A stretch of 63,389 bases of DNA, filler included, from Octopus bimaculoides (taxonomy: Eukaryota): NCBI RefSeq assembly GCF_001194135.2. It is 4 parts of 4 records of this genome, joined end to end, with 100 filler letters (N's around TTAATTAATTAA, not from the genome) between each part and the next. Parts side by side here need not be neighbours in the genome. Positions count along the whole stretch, not along the records: positions 21,807 to 47,915 come from NC_068986.1; 3 more parts are not named here. One strand, 5' to 3'. Of this stretch, positions 27,813 to 39,980 are shown one piece after another (position 1 is the stretch's first letter; each line of letters begins with the position of its first letter). The translations under genes and the position numbers were made by a program. The notes beneath the pieces were generated by a model that saw only the letters and a program-made list of their open reading frames with translations, was not told the origin of the DNA and did not search any database.

Positions 27813-28010
27813 TTACACCTTAGATCTATCATGGCGTCTGATGTGGCTTTTCAAACCAGACAATGTTTTGAAAAGACACTCACATAAATTGCATATCTGC
27901 TTTGGACCACCAAGAGCTGCATTTAAGTTCCGATCTTTGTGGATCTTGAAATGTCTTTTGAGGCCTCCGTTATATTTGCAGACTTTATGGTATACACGGT
28001 ATTGACAGGT
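27813..28010 (-). pseudogene. Two C2H2 zinc-finger-like motifs ending in a stop; probably the 3' end of a LINE ORF
   Basis: ..HKVCKYNGGLKRHFKIH..ICNLCECLFKTLSGLKSHIRRHDRSKV*; first finger disrupted. Confidence 0.6.
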
Positions 28011-28252
28011 ATGTACAAAAAATAGGCATAATAGACAGTGGAGGTTCGTTTTTCATGTGTCCACAAATGACATTCAAAAGCATAGTCTGTCACAAATTGT
28101 GTATACAAAAAAGTTTTGGGGGATTCATTTTCTCGTTAATTTTTGAAATTTCGCATGAATCGTCCTGGTTTCTTCAAAAGCTTTCACTCCACTCCACACA
28201 CACATACATACATACATGCATACATACATACATACATACATATAAATATACA

Positions 28253-28879
28253 TCACGGTATTATCTACCGATGAGACATGATGTTGTAGCTAGGACACTC
28301 TATAATGAAATCTGTCGGAAGGATATCCCCGAGGACAATGAAATAAGAACCCACAGTATGGTAGAAGCCATAGTCACTCATAATAAAAAGGAATACTGGT
28401 GGAATGTCTCAGCGAAGACATCAATAAAATGTAAGCACAACAGACCTGATATAATGATTTGAGATAGAAAAGAGAAACTGTGCACAGTTGTGGAAATTAG
28501 CTGCCCAGCAGATGTTAATATAAAGCTGAAGATCAGGGAAAAAGAGAACACCTACGTTAAACTATTGAGAAATCTGCAGTTATTCTATCCAAATTAAAAG
28601 TTCTGGTTTATATCTGTAATTATTGGGGCACTGGGATATATCTGAGATATATCTGTAATCATTGGGGCTCTGAGATATATATGAGCATGTCTAGATATGT
28701 AACTATATGCATGAGAATACATACACAAAACACACAAATCTGCACATACGTGCATACATGCATACAAACAAAAATACCCTGTTGATGATGTTGAAATTTC
28801 AATGAAGGAGCCTTGGATCTGGGTTAGAAACCAGTTCTTTCTCTATTGGCAATAAATTTTGTAATAAAACTGAACAATG
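28253..28879 (+). mobile_element. RLE-type (R4/Dong-like) non-LTR retrotransposon 3' part with 3' UTR
   Basis: YYLPMRHDVV, KHNRPDIMI, VVEISCP, KEN.Y..L and IIGALG motifs of the restriction-like endonuclease; internal stops. Confidence 0.8.
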
Positions 28880-28924
<45 letters not shown>

Positions 28925-28953
28925 CGCACACACGCACACACATACACACACAC

Positions 28954-28997
<44 letters not shown>

Positions 28998-29617
28998 NNN
29001 NNNNNNNNNNNNNNNNNNNNNNNNNNNNNNNNNNNNNNNNNNNNNNNNNNNNNNNNNNNNNNNNNNNNNNNNNNNNNNNNNNNNNNNNNNNNNNNNNNNN
29101 NNNNNNNNNNNNNNNNNNNNNNNNNNNNNNNNNNNNNNNNNNNNNNNNNNNNNNNNNNNNNNNNNNNNNNNNNNNNNNNNNNNNNNNNNNNNNNNNNNNN
29201 NNNNNNNNNNNNNNNNNNNNNNNNNNNNNNNNNNNNNNNNNNNNNNNNNNNNNNNNNNNNNNNNNNNNNNNNNNNNNNNNNNNNNNNNNNNNNNNNNNNN
29301 NNNNNNNNNNNNNNNNNNNNNNNNNNNNNNNNNNNNNNNNNNNNNNNNNNNNNNNNNNNNNNNNNNNNNNNNNNNNNNNNNNNNNNNNNNNNNNNNNNNN
29401 NNNNNNNNNNNNNNNNNNNNNNNNNNNNNNNNNNNNNNNNNNNNNNNNNNNNNNNNNNNNNNNNNNNNNNNNNNNNNNNNNNNNNNNNNNNNNNNNNNNN
29501 NNNNNNNNNNNNNNNNNNNNNNNNNNNNNNNNNNNNNNNNNNNNNNNNNNNNNNNNNNNNNNNNNNNNNNNNNNNNNNNNNNNNNNNNNNNNNNNNNNNN
29601 NNNNNNNNNNNNNNNNN

Positions 29618-29649
<32 letters not shown>

Positions 29650-29999
29650 CAGAGATATCCAGCAAAATAAGAAAAGTGAAACGTAGAAAGAATCAACCAA
29701 TAAATTTCAAAGTAACTTGTAGTATTTAATAGCGTTTCATCATTCAAAGAATATTTTTGTCCACTTAAGCAAAATAAAAAGTTATATGGAATTAATAGTA
29801 ACCTTATCAAATGATATATTTAACACTTAAAAGTATTTCCTACAACACACTTAATTCCTTTAATTTAGAAGTTAAGGAAATAGCCATAGGGTTAAATAAA
29901 AATGTCAGATCTGAATGTTTAACTTAGCGCAAAATTTAACAGTATATTTCAGGACCACAAACGAGATTTTACCAATAATCCGCTTGTAGATTAACAATG

Positions 30000-30765
30000 G
30001 TTTCAAATTTTGGCTCAAGGCCAGTAATATTTGTGAGGGTGAGTTGATTAGATCAACCCCAGTGTTTGGTAAATATTTTATCGACCCTTAAAAAGATAAA
30101 AGGCAAAGTAGACCTCGTCGTGGGGAAGAAATTCCATAAAGCATTTCCTCCGACTTGCTAACTGTTCTGCCCGCTCGTTGGCCAAATTTGTTGATTAATG
30201 ATTCCTTCTATTATACGACGAGCCCCACACCACATTTTGGGGTGTGAGACTCGTCGATTATATCGACCCCCATTTCTCACTTGATAATTTATTTTATAAA
30301 TTCCGAAGCGATGAAAGTTGAAGTCGACCTCGGTGGAATTTGAACTCAAAACGTTGAGATGGATGTAATACCGCTAAGCATTTTTTCCGACTCATTAACA
30401 ATTCAGTCAGCCCGTCGCCTTAGTTTTGTTGATTAATAACGCAACTAAGAGTGATCTAGTTGTACTAAGTAAAAGTATTTTAGACAAGACAACCTTAGAA
30501 TTATCGTATAATTTACCTTTATGGAATAACAATAACTCTATAATTAATTAGTTCAATAATACTGATTTCAAATTTTGGCACAAGGCTAACAATTTCAGGA
30601 GAGTGAGTAAGTCGATTAAATCGACCCCACTTCTTACTGGTACTTATTTTATCGAACTCCGAAAGGATGAAAAGCAAAGTCGACTTTGATGGAGTTTGAA
30701 CTCTGAACGTAAAGACGGACGAAATGCTGCCAAGCATTTTGCCCAGGGTACTATAATCTGCCTTA
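30000..30765 (-). mobile_element. Three same-orientation SINE family A copies
   Basis: Cores at about 30080, 30265 and 30650. Confidence 0.8.
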
Positions 30766-31156
30766 ATTAGATCGGTGATATTAATTAATAAAAGAAATGT
30801 ACATCAATATATCCATGTGCACTGAACCTACTGTTCATAAGTTCTCTATATTTACATATATGGCTAAATGTATTTTCAAACCTGCTTTGTAGAAATTTTC
30901 CCAGTTTCATATCATTGACTTTTACTCATCAATAAATGGGGTTTCATCAAAACTTATATTTCGATTAACGATTTGGATTCGAAATAATCATAGATCTAAG
31001 AAGATCGATATATCTGCTCTCGGTAACATATTATGAGTAAGAAAAGTTGTGTTATTTTTATCGATGCAATAATGTCTAGATTCTGCTAAATTTGCCTTTA
31101 TGTTTATATATTTGCTAAAGAATAAGGTCAACAGTTTAAAATGTTGTCTATGAATA

Positions 31157-31440
31157 TACAGAGATGATCGGCTAATCACTACAGGGAATATAAATGCCCA
31201 ACAAAATTAGATAGGTATAGAAAAGAGATCTTTGAATTATTTTAAGACAGACCTAAACATTACGATTGAAACAAATTTACATAACTTTTAATATATAACC
31301 TTAGATGTATATAAGATCAAGTAAATATTCACCTTTCAAGAAACAAAAATTGGAAGCTGAAATACATAAATATAGACTAAAATCAATCCCCCATCACAAT
31401 TTAGTAACAACATTAGTATATGGCTATTCAGTATTATATC
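31157..31440 (+). mobile_element. Penelope-like RT remnant
   Basis: YRDD at 31157-31168, then LNITIETNL and KLKYINID*NQSP (compare KYI..xSNHPP). Confidence 0.7.
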
Positions 31441-31782
31441 CAATATATCTTTCGTAAAGTAAGTAATTTATTTTCATGAAACGATGAGTTTAAAGACATA
31501 CCTAGTTGTATCCATTATAGAAATAACAAAACAGGTTTGACTATATATTTACTCATGTAAAAATAGAAAGCTTAAAATCACTTGATTCAATGCATCATCC
31601 AGTCTCAGTGTATGCAGACATATCGCCAGACGTTTCTTTTACTTAGTAACTAAACACTTCCGAAGAATCATAAATATTATTAAAAATGTTAATAGAAATA
31701 AGGTTAATTTTATCTTCTGCTGTAAACACAATTTTGCAACAGAAATAGCAAACAGTAATAGGAAAAATCTTAAACAGACATT

Positions 31783-31950
31783 GGCGCAGGCGTGGATGTA
31801 TGGTAAGAAGCTAGCTTCCCAACCACATGGTTCCGGATTCAGTCCCACTGCAAGGCAACTTCGGCAAGCGTCTTTTGCTATAGCCTCGGGCCGACCAGAG
31901 CCTTGTGAGTAGATTTGGTAGACAGAAACTGAAAGAAGCTTGTCGTATAT
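31783..31950 (+). mobile_element. SINE family B head
   Basis: GGCGCAGGCGTGGATGTATGGTAAGAAGCTAGCTTCCCAACCACATGG. Confidence 0.85.
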
Positions 31951-31969
31951 AGAAATATATCCATCTAAA

Positions 31970-32605
31970 TACGAGATCTGATAAATACGTATCTGGACTG
32001 TTGCCATAGTAACGAAGCTAAATCACGCAGAGTAAAGCCGCTTGGCAAAGACTGACCTTGAACTCTGCTGTGCAGGCGCTTTAAGTTTTCACGTTCTAAC
32101 TCACTTCCACTGGAAGGAAGGTGTGTAGCGTGTGAGATCGTCGCATTAACCATTATAGAGAAAGTTGTCATGGCAATTCCTGCTCAGAGGCCTGCGCAAA
32201 GTTAAAGAAAGTGTATGGAGAGGAGTGTATGAGCCACACACAAGTGTACGTGAGGGTCAGACGTTTCAAAGATTGCAGAAAAAATTTCATACTGACGAAC
32301 ATTCTGGGAGACCCAGAACCAGTAGAATTGAGAAGAACATCGCAGATGTGCGTGCAGCTGTGAGAGGAAATCGTCGAATCACTATCCGTGGGTTACCAGA
32401 GGGTGTGCAGATTAGTTACGGTTGTGTTCAGTCCATTATCACTGAAGGTTTGGGTATGAGATGTGTGTCAGCCAAGTTTGTGCCAAAACTGCTTTCAGCT
32501 GACCAAAAAGACACTCGGGTTTCAGTTGCACAAGATCTTCTTGATCGTATCGAGAACTTTTCGAAAACTTTTTGAAAACTTTGCATTGTCCTCTGAGCAG
32601 GTATA
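31970..32605 (+). mobile_element. Mariner transposon 5' part, same family as 6075
   Basis: TACGAGATCTGATAAATACGTATCTGGACTG terminus; DEHSGRPRTS, RRITIR and VSAKFVPKLL motifs; runs into a gap. Confidence 0.88.
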
Positions 32606-33489
32606 TNNNNNNNNNNNNNNNNNNNNNNNNNNNNNNNNNNNNNNNNNNNNNNNNNNNNNNNNNNNNNNNNNNNNNNNNNNNNNNNNNNNNNNNNNNNNNN
32701 NNNNNNNNNNNNNNNNNNNNNNNNNNNNNNNNNNNNNNNNNNNNNNNNNNNNNNNNNNNNNNNNNNNNNNNNNNNNNNNNNNNNNNNNNNNNNNNNNNNN
32801 NNNNNNNNNNNNNNNNNNNNNNNNNNNNNNNNNNNNNNNNNNNNNNNNNNNNNNNNNNNNNNNNNNNNNNNNNNNNNNNNNNNNNNNNNNNNNNNNNNNN
32901 NNNNNNNNNNNNNNNNNNNNNNNNNNNNNNNNNNNNNNNNNNNNNNNNNNNNNNNNNNNNNNNNNNNNNNNNNNNNNNNNNNNNNNNNNNNNNNNNNNNN
33001 NNNNNNNNNNNNNNNNNNNNNNNNNNNNNNNNNNNNNNNNNNNNNNNNNNNNNNNNNNNNNNNNNNNNNNNNNNNNNNNNNNNNNNNNNNNNNNNNNNNN
33101 NNNNNNNNNNNNNNNNNNNNNNNNNNNNNNNNNNNNNNNNNNNNNNNNNNNNNNNNNNNNNNNNNNNNNNNNNNNNNNNNNNNNNNNNNNNNNNNNNNNN
33201 NNNNNNNNNNNNNNNNNNNNNNNNNNNNNNNNNNNNNNNNNNNNNNNNNNNNNNNNNNNNNNNNNNNNNNNNNNNNNNNNNNNNNNNNNNNNNNNNNNNN
33301 NNNNNNNNNNNNNNNNNNNNNNNNNNNNNNNNNNNNNNNNNNNNNNNNNNNNNNNNNNNNNNNNNNNNNNNNNNNNNNNNNNNNNNNNNNNNNNNNNNAT
33401 ATATATATATATATATACATATGCTTCAGAGCACAGTCTCACTGTGTGACACCTTGTGTGTGTGTGTGTGTGTGTGTGTGTTTTGTGTG

Positions 33490-33700
33490 TGTGTTAGTCT
33501 CCCTACCGCCTGACAACAGGTGTTGGTTTTCTTATGTTACCTTTAAGTCGCAGTTCGACAAAATGAATCCGATATAATACGTAGTAGGCTTACAAAACGT
33601 TATACAGTCGATCTGTTCGACTAAAATCTTTCAAGGGCGGTGCCCCAGCATGGCTGAAGTCCAGTGACTAAGACACGTAAAAGATTAAAGATTAAAGATA
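33490..33700 (+). mobile_element. SINE family B tail (likely partner of the 31783 head)
   Basis: CCTGACAACAGGTGTTGG..GGCGGTGCCCCAGCATGG..TAAAAGATTAAAGA. Confidence 0.75.
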
Positions 33701-34469
33701 TATACACATATAATCATAATTGATGAATAAACAAATAATAGTTAGCTTCTCAGGTGTAAGTTATTTTCTTTCGTTTATTAAAGAGAACGACTAAGTTATT
33801 TGCATCAGTCTCTTTCATATTAATGGTGGCAATTCGCAATAAATGATGGCGTACTTTTATTCTTCGCAAGCGGAAAAAAACATAAGACAGTACTTGGAAG
33901 CTACGTCTAAGACGCTGTGGCTATTCGTCTGTGGCGTTCCAAGCAATAGCAAAATCAATGCTCATCAACGTTTTAGTGGTCACACATCAATAAACACCAC
34001 TGAACTAAGGTGACGTTATGCAGACTGGGTGAGGGTGTGAGATACATAAATAAATAGATAAATAAATGTAGTAAAATTTTTTTTAAGAAGGGGAGACTGT
34101 AAGAGTGAAAGAATAGAGAGGTATATGAACGAAAAGACGAAAAAAAGAAAAGGAAAGAAGGAAAGGAAGGAGGAAAGAAAGAAAATGTGTAAAAATAGAC
34201 TATGTATAAGATATTTGGAAATATAGATGTGTGTGTGAATATGTACGCACTCACACACACACACACACACACACACACATTTCGTTGTATTTATGCAAAA
34301 GTGTCGTAAGTCCAAAAGGTTGCATTTTCGGAAAACGAAAAAGTAGTTTCACCATTCCATAGCAAAACTGTTGTACTTCACTTTGACAATTTTTGATATC
34401 TTGGCATCTGAAGCAGCTGGAGATACGATAGTTTGACAAAAAGAACCGGCTGTTGCAAGCAAAGACAAA

Positions 34470-34708
34470 TATCTATTTCTTTATTGCCCGCACGAAGCTA
34501 AACATAGAGTGGACAAACAAGGACATACAAAGGAATTAAGTCGATTAAATTGACCCCAGTGCATAATTGGTACTTATTTAATCGACCCCGAAAGGATGAA
34601 AGGCAAAGTCGACCTCGGCGGAATTTGAACTCAGTACGTAACGGCAGACGAAATACCGCTAAGCATTTAGCCCAGCGTGCTAACGATTCTGCCAGCTCAC
34701 CGCCATTT
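34470..34708 (-). mobile_element. SINE family A, best-preserved copy
   Basis: CTGGTACTTATTTAATCGACCCCGAAAGGATGAAAGGCAAAGTCGACCTCGGCGGAATTTGAACTC-type core; resembles the Meta/MESC-type conserved SINE domain (recalled, not searched). Confidence 0.88.
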
Positions 34709-34784
34709 AAAAAAAATATTGAATAAAACGCATTCGACCAAATTTGGACATACGACAGTTTAACAAGAATAGAAATAATATATA

Positions 34785-34960
34785 TTTTACTTGTTTCAGT
34801 CAGATTGTGGCCATGCTAGGGCACCGCCTTGAGGAAATTTTTAGTCGAATGAATCAACCTCAGAACTAATTTGTTTTTTTAATATAGTACTTATTCTATC
34901 GTAGTTTTTTTGTCGAAGAGGTGAGTTACAGGAACGTAAACACACCAACACCAAAAAGTA
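34785..34960 (-). mobile_element. SINE family B tail
   Basis: TTTTACTTGTTTCAGTC..GGCCATGCTAGGGCACCGCCTT. Confidence 0.75.
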
Positions 34961-35094
34961 TCATAACAGACCCCATCACTATTTAGACCATCGCAAGTAG
35001 AAACTATGCTAGTTTCTACTACAACCATCGCCACATTATCACTACAAACACTAGCGCAATTGAGACTACCATCATATACATTCCTGACAGATTC

Positions 35095-35335
35095 CCCCCC
35101 CACCACCACCACCAACAACAACAACACGATAAACGATGATATCCTTCACCGCCACCACCATCACTACAAACACCACCACTATAAACACCACTACCACCAC
35201 CACGAACGACAACGACAAAAGCAATACAACCTTCATAATCACTACCATCACCCTCGCTACAACCAACACGAAGGCCGCCGCGAAAATCAACACCCAGTCT
35301 CCACCACCACCACCACCACCACCACCACCACAACT
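35095..35335. repeat. Degenerate (CAC)n/(CAA)n tract
   Basis: Direct reading. Confidence 0.9.
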
Positions 35336-35795
35336 ATCACCATTACATTTCAGCTCCTATTGTTTACCAGTATCTTATTATACAATCATCTTTCCCCACC
35401 ACTCTCATTCTCTCTCCCGCCTTCTCCTCTCTCACTTTCTACTTCGCCATATTTATCTAAACAAACTCTTTTTTCCCGCCTTTCACGTTTCATCTCTACT
35501 TTCACTTTCATTTTCTATGTCATTTTAAAAAAAGTTTGTATAGTTTATTCATTATCTTTACAAATTTTACGACTTCTTTATTTTACATTGTATTTTCTTA
35601 TTCGGCCTTTTTCATTCTTTCTATAGTCTTCATTGTGTTATTTATTTATTTATTGCTGCCCCAGTTTTTCTTGTAATCTTTTCTCTTCTCTATCTCTCAT
35701 TCTTTTTCGTTTTTAAATATTTTTAATCTTTTTTCTTTTGCTTCCCGTCTTTATTTCATTAATCCTTTCTTTCTTTCTTCCTTTCTTCCTTTCTT

Positions 35796-35843
<48 letters not shown>

Positions 35844-36200
35844 ATTAGTAAAACACAAATGACAATGAAAGACAATGTTTGAGAATAGAGGCTAATGCAT
35901 GAAACTAAAGTCAGTGAGAAGCCGTCAGAAAAGAAAGTTAGATGATCAGTGGGATGGAGATAGAGTGAAGAAGAGAGAGGGGAAAGAAAGAGAGGGGGAA
36001 GAGTGAAGGGGAAAGAGAGGGGAGAGAGAGGGAGAGCAAAGGGGGAGAGAAAATATCAGAAAAATAGAAGGAAAAGAGAGGTAGAGGTTAAGACAAAAAT
36101 AGAGATAAAATAAGAATAAGAGGTAGCAAATGCCAGTGTTAGATAGAATAAGACGTTGAAAATATAAGAGAAATAGAGAAGGCGCAATAAGAAAATGTAC

Positions 36201-36239
<39 letters not shown>

Positions 36240-36584
36240 GGAGGGAGAAAAGTGGAGAGACGGCGATAAACAGAAAAAAGACAGCGCGATTAAGAGGAAA
36301 GTGTAAGATGGTAGAGAGAATATATTAAGTGTTCCCTTCATTTTATTTTATTTTATTCTATTTCAGTCTCTTCTTTTCTTACATTGGATTCTTTTACTTT
36401 GTTCGCATTTTCTTTCTTCAGCCATATTTGTTGATTTCATTGACAACCATGTTTTTTTTTGGTTGGTTTTTGTCATTGTTTTTTATTTATTTAATTATTT
36501 ATTTATTCATTTATTTATTGCCTAACTCGATCATTATCCATCGATGCAATTGTTATTTTCATTTTATATCGTTTAGAAGCAAAA

Positions 36585-36610
36585 TAACTATAATAATAAT
36601 AATAATAATA

Positions 36611-36647
<37 letters not shown>

Positions 36648-36731
36648 CGATGATGATGATGATGATGATGATGATGACGATGACGATGACGATGATGATG
36701 ATGATGATGATGATGATGATAATGATTATGA

Positions 36732-36800
<69 letters not shown>

Positions 36801-36815
36801 CAACAATAATAATAA
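36585..36815. repeat. Compound (ATA)n(ATG)n(ATA)n microsatellite
   Basis: Direct reading. Confidence 0.95.
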
Positions 36816-37044
36816 TGAGGTTGTGTTCAATAATTGCAACTTATCCATTCTTGGATGAAGATTAAAAAATAAAAAGGAATATAAAACTAATATAAATAAA
36901 ATGAAACATGACTGTTTATCGTGATAAAGCGTGGATGAACAAATACAAAAATCAATTAGGCTGACCTTAACTACAATAAGTATAGTAGTAGTAATAACAA
37001 CAACAACAACGACGACGACGTCGACGACGATGACGAAGATGATG

Positions 37045-37480
37045 ATTTATTTTATTGGCCACAAGGGCCGCAGACGAGGGTGACTGTACAAAGTCGAAAT
37101 ACAATAGAAAACAACGTAGGAGGAATGGTGCTGGAAGGTAGGAGATTTATATCGAGAATAAAAGAGTGAAATCAATCAAACAATAAAGACACATTAATAA
37201 CTGGATGATAAATATCAATAACATTATAGAACAAGTAAATGACAAGAGAGTTGTCCCTGATGGAAGGGAGCAGCCACATAGGTTCTTATCGCTAATCTAC
37301 GGACGTCTAATTAGAATATCTCTATTTAACCACGATAACTTTAGCTACTCTCGACGTTCAAGAAATGTACTGCAGAGAAGGATTTCGATCTTTTCTCAGT
37401 TCTTCAAATGGTATTTCAAGAAGTTGGTGATTGATATGATTTCAGACTTAAAAGCCTATCATTACGTGTGTCAAGAGTGA
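37045..37480 (-). mobile_element. Tx1/L1-like LINE 3' remnant
   Basis: Reverse complement reads ..ITNFLKYHLKN*EKIEILLCSTFLERRE, followed by a tail ending at an (ATC)n/(GTC)n tract. Confidence 0.4.
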
Positions 37481-37692
37481 AGAGTAAAGCGCCCCCTTCG
37501 GTCATGAATGATCATGGGATTGCAACTAGAAAGTTTCCAAGAATGGCGGGTTCAAAAAGTAGAATGGTGAAAAAAAAAAAACGGAAAAAGAAAACAGAAA
37601 AGAATTAGAGTTATATTCCCTTTGATAGTACAGTCGTAAGGCAAAATGGTGTAGAATTAACAGAAAGGGTATAAAATCTGCAATACAGCTGT

Positions 37693-37890
37693 TCAATTCG
37701 GAGAGGGTGGTGCTCTCCAATTCGCCAAAAGAAACTTGTCCATATATTTACAATTGCTGAAAATTTCTGATCTGAAATTCAACACTGCAGTGGAATTCTT
37801 AGATCTTAAAGGGATATGCGATCTTCCAGTTACGCATAACTTGCAATTTTTTAATCTATTAATATATGGTATGGATTTTTCAACGATTTT
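37693..37890 (-). mobile_element. Penelope-like GIY-YIG C-terminal remnant
   Basis: FKWKIVEKSIPYINRLKNCKLCVTGRSHI..LNFRSEIFSNCKYMDKFLLAN. Confidence 0.75.
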
Positions 37891-39298
37891 CCACTTGAAT
37901 GCTGTTTTATGGGTGGGGGCTGAGAAAATTAAGAATGTAGGAAGAGGAGGGCATGTAAATGCATGTACCACAGTGATTCTGTGTCTTGAAGCAGGCATAA
38001 TGGGAATGATATATGTTTGTGTGGTGAATGTATGTCTATAAATGTCTGCAAGTTTGAAAGTATATGTATGTATGTATGTATATGTATGTGTATGCATGCC
38101 ACACACACACAAACACACACATGCACGCACACACAAACGCAAACAAATTCACACTCATACACACAGACACACGCACCCACACGCATGCACACAATGATTA
38201 TTATTTACACCTTGTGGAAATATTTACCACTTGCTTATCCGGGTTTCCGTTACACGTATAAGTTAAATTACATCATGATTTAATTAGTATGTGAACTGAT
38301 AGCAGATTCTTTGCGGGGTTGCTTACTCTGAGTTTTGTTCAATTCTCTGAAACCATTTCTACATTATTAGTACACACATATGCACACACAAATATACATA
38401 CGAGTATATACCCACATATAATATATAAGTGTATAAAAATTTTAAATTTGTGCCAAAAGGTGTAGATTTTTGTACCTGCTTAAGCCGTTGAAAATCAGAT
38501 TAAATTCCATGTATTGACTTCTTAAAATGTTTCGTAACACAAATTCGTCTCAGTCATTCCATTGGTATAGATCGATAAAGTAAGTAAACGATGAAATAGG
38601 GGCGGGGGTGATATCCCCATTTTAATGGCCAAAACTAGTAAGGCAATAATAATAATATTATAATATATTAATACTGTACGCTTGAAGTCCAGAAATGCTA
38701 AGTTCATTCAATATTGAAGCACAAAATGAAATAAAATGACATCCGTTACCTTTAAGGCCAGTAAATCTATCAAAATCATCGTAAACAATGTAACAATTCG
38801 GTGTTCGGTAACAACTAAGAATTAAAGTGAGGTTATTGTGGCCCCTTCATCTTGAGTTCAGTGAACTTGAGGAATAGCATAAAAATTAAAAAAAGAACAA
38901 AAAGAATAAGCAAAAAGCAGAAGCCTCTACCATCTAAATAATTGGTTAAGACTAGGCGGCGTTATAAACACAGGGTAGACTCCCACGCCCACGTAGTGAA
39001 TTACAAAAGGAAAGAGGTTGGAGGAACACAGTACTTGGTCACCAGCAATATATAGACCATATGCTGTATTGATAGAAGTATTAACAGCTCCTGCATTAGC
39101 GACCGGATTACAAAGCGATAATTCTAGAAACAACTGCAGTTTGCGGCAACAGCAACAGTAGGAGACGAGGTAATTTATACAACAAAGAGTTTGGAAGGAA
39201 GAAAAAAAAATATATATATTACCCTAATTATAGTGTTTGTTGACACGCCAAAGCGCAGTTTGTTGACCTGGACGCGGTTAGGGATTAAATTAGATGTG

Positions 39299-39343
<45 letters not shown>

Positions 39344-39402
39344 CTTCGTTGACGTGTATATTCAGAGAAGGAAGATTGTATGCTCACCATTTTCCCTTTC
39401 AG

Positions 39403-39510
39403 GCAGATATACGAAGATCTTAAAGTAAAGTCGGGTCTCGACAAACAAGAATATTCAAAGCAGGTTTTAGGTAAATTAGACTCACACTCACATCTCAGAG
39501 AAAATAAAAG
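39403..39510 (+). CDS. Probable internal exon, phase 2-2 (xQIYEDLKVKSGLDKQEYSKQVLGKLDSHSHLRENKx); possibly an upstream exon of the EGF gene
   Basis: Strong acceptor ttttccctttcAG and strong donor AAG/GTAAGA; 108 bp; open in only one frame; no recognisable domain. Confidence 0.5.
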
Positions 39511-39684
39511 GTAAGATTGTTTGATGGCGATAGCTAAGGTACTCCTCACATCAGGCTTTCACACTCATGTCCAGAGGAAAAACAGCCATTGTGAATGGAA
39601 CGATAAATAATGCAGGAAGAGTAAACTTCTCTACTTCGAAATGACGCGAGTTATTTACTGGAGCTTATATCTGCCGTGGAGTGA

Positions 39685-39980
39685 AGACGTGTGCCTGGTG
39701 GTTAGGGGGCCTCACTCACGATCACAAGATCCCATATCAATTCCCGGACCGGAGCGAAGTACGTCGTATTCTTGAGAAAAGGACTTCGTTTTCACGTTGC
39801 TCTGCTATCACTTCGACATCTGACGTGTGGCACACTGCATCTGTACAAACAATGTCAGTTTGATTGTGGGAGCGAGCTAATGTATAGTACAAACAAACTA
39901 TTTGCAACAGGTTGTTCAGGAAGATGCTGGGGAACTCTTATCTGACCTTTTTGACAGGAGAGCCCACCGCCTTATCTGCT
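39685..39980 (+). mobile_element. Diverged tRNA-derived SINE
   Basis: TGGTTAGGG A-box-like and CAATTCCCGGACCG B-box-like; TTCTTGAG..TTCACGTTGCTC shared with family C. Confidence 0.55.

Noticed and set aside
36329-36865. Poly-Met/poly-Ile ORF; similarly His/Thr-rich ORFs at 35006-35626 and 47474-47728, and the YI/HT/CV-repeat ORFs
   Set aside because: These are translations of microsatellites with no splice or domain support.
34470-37100. Resemblance between the SINE A tail (34481-34522) and the Tx1-like tail (about 37052-37093), suggesting a SINE-LINE partnership
   Set aside because: The similarity is short and patchy; it needs consensus sequences to assess.
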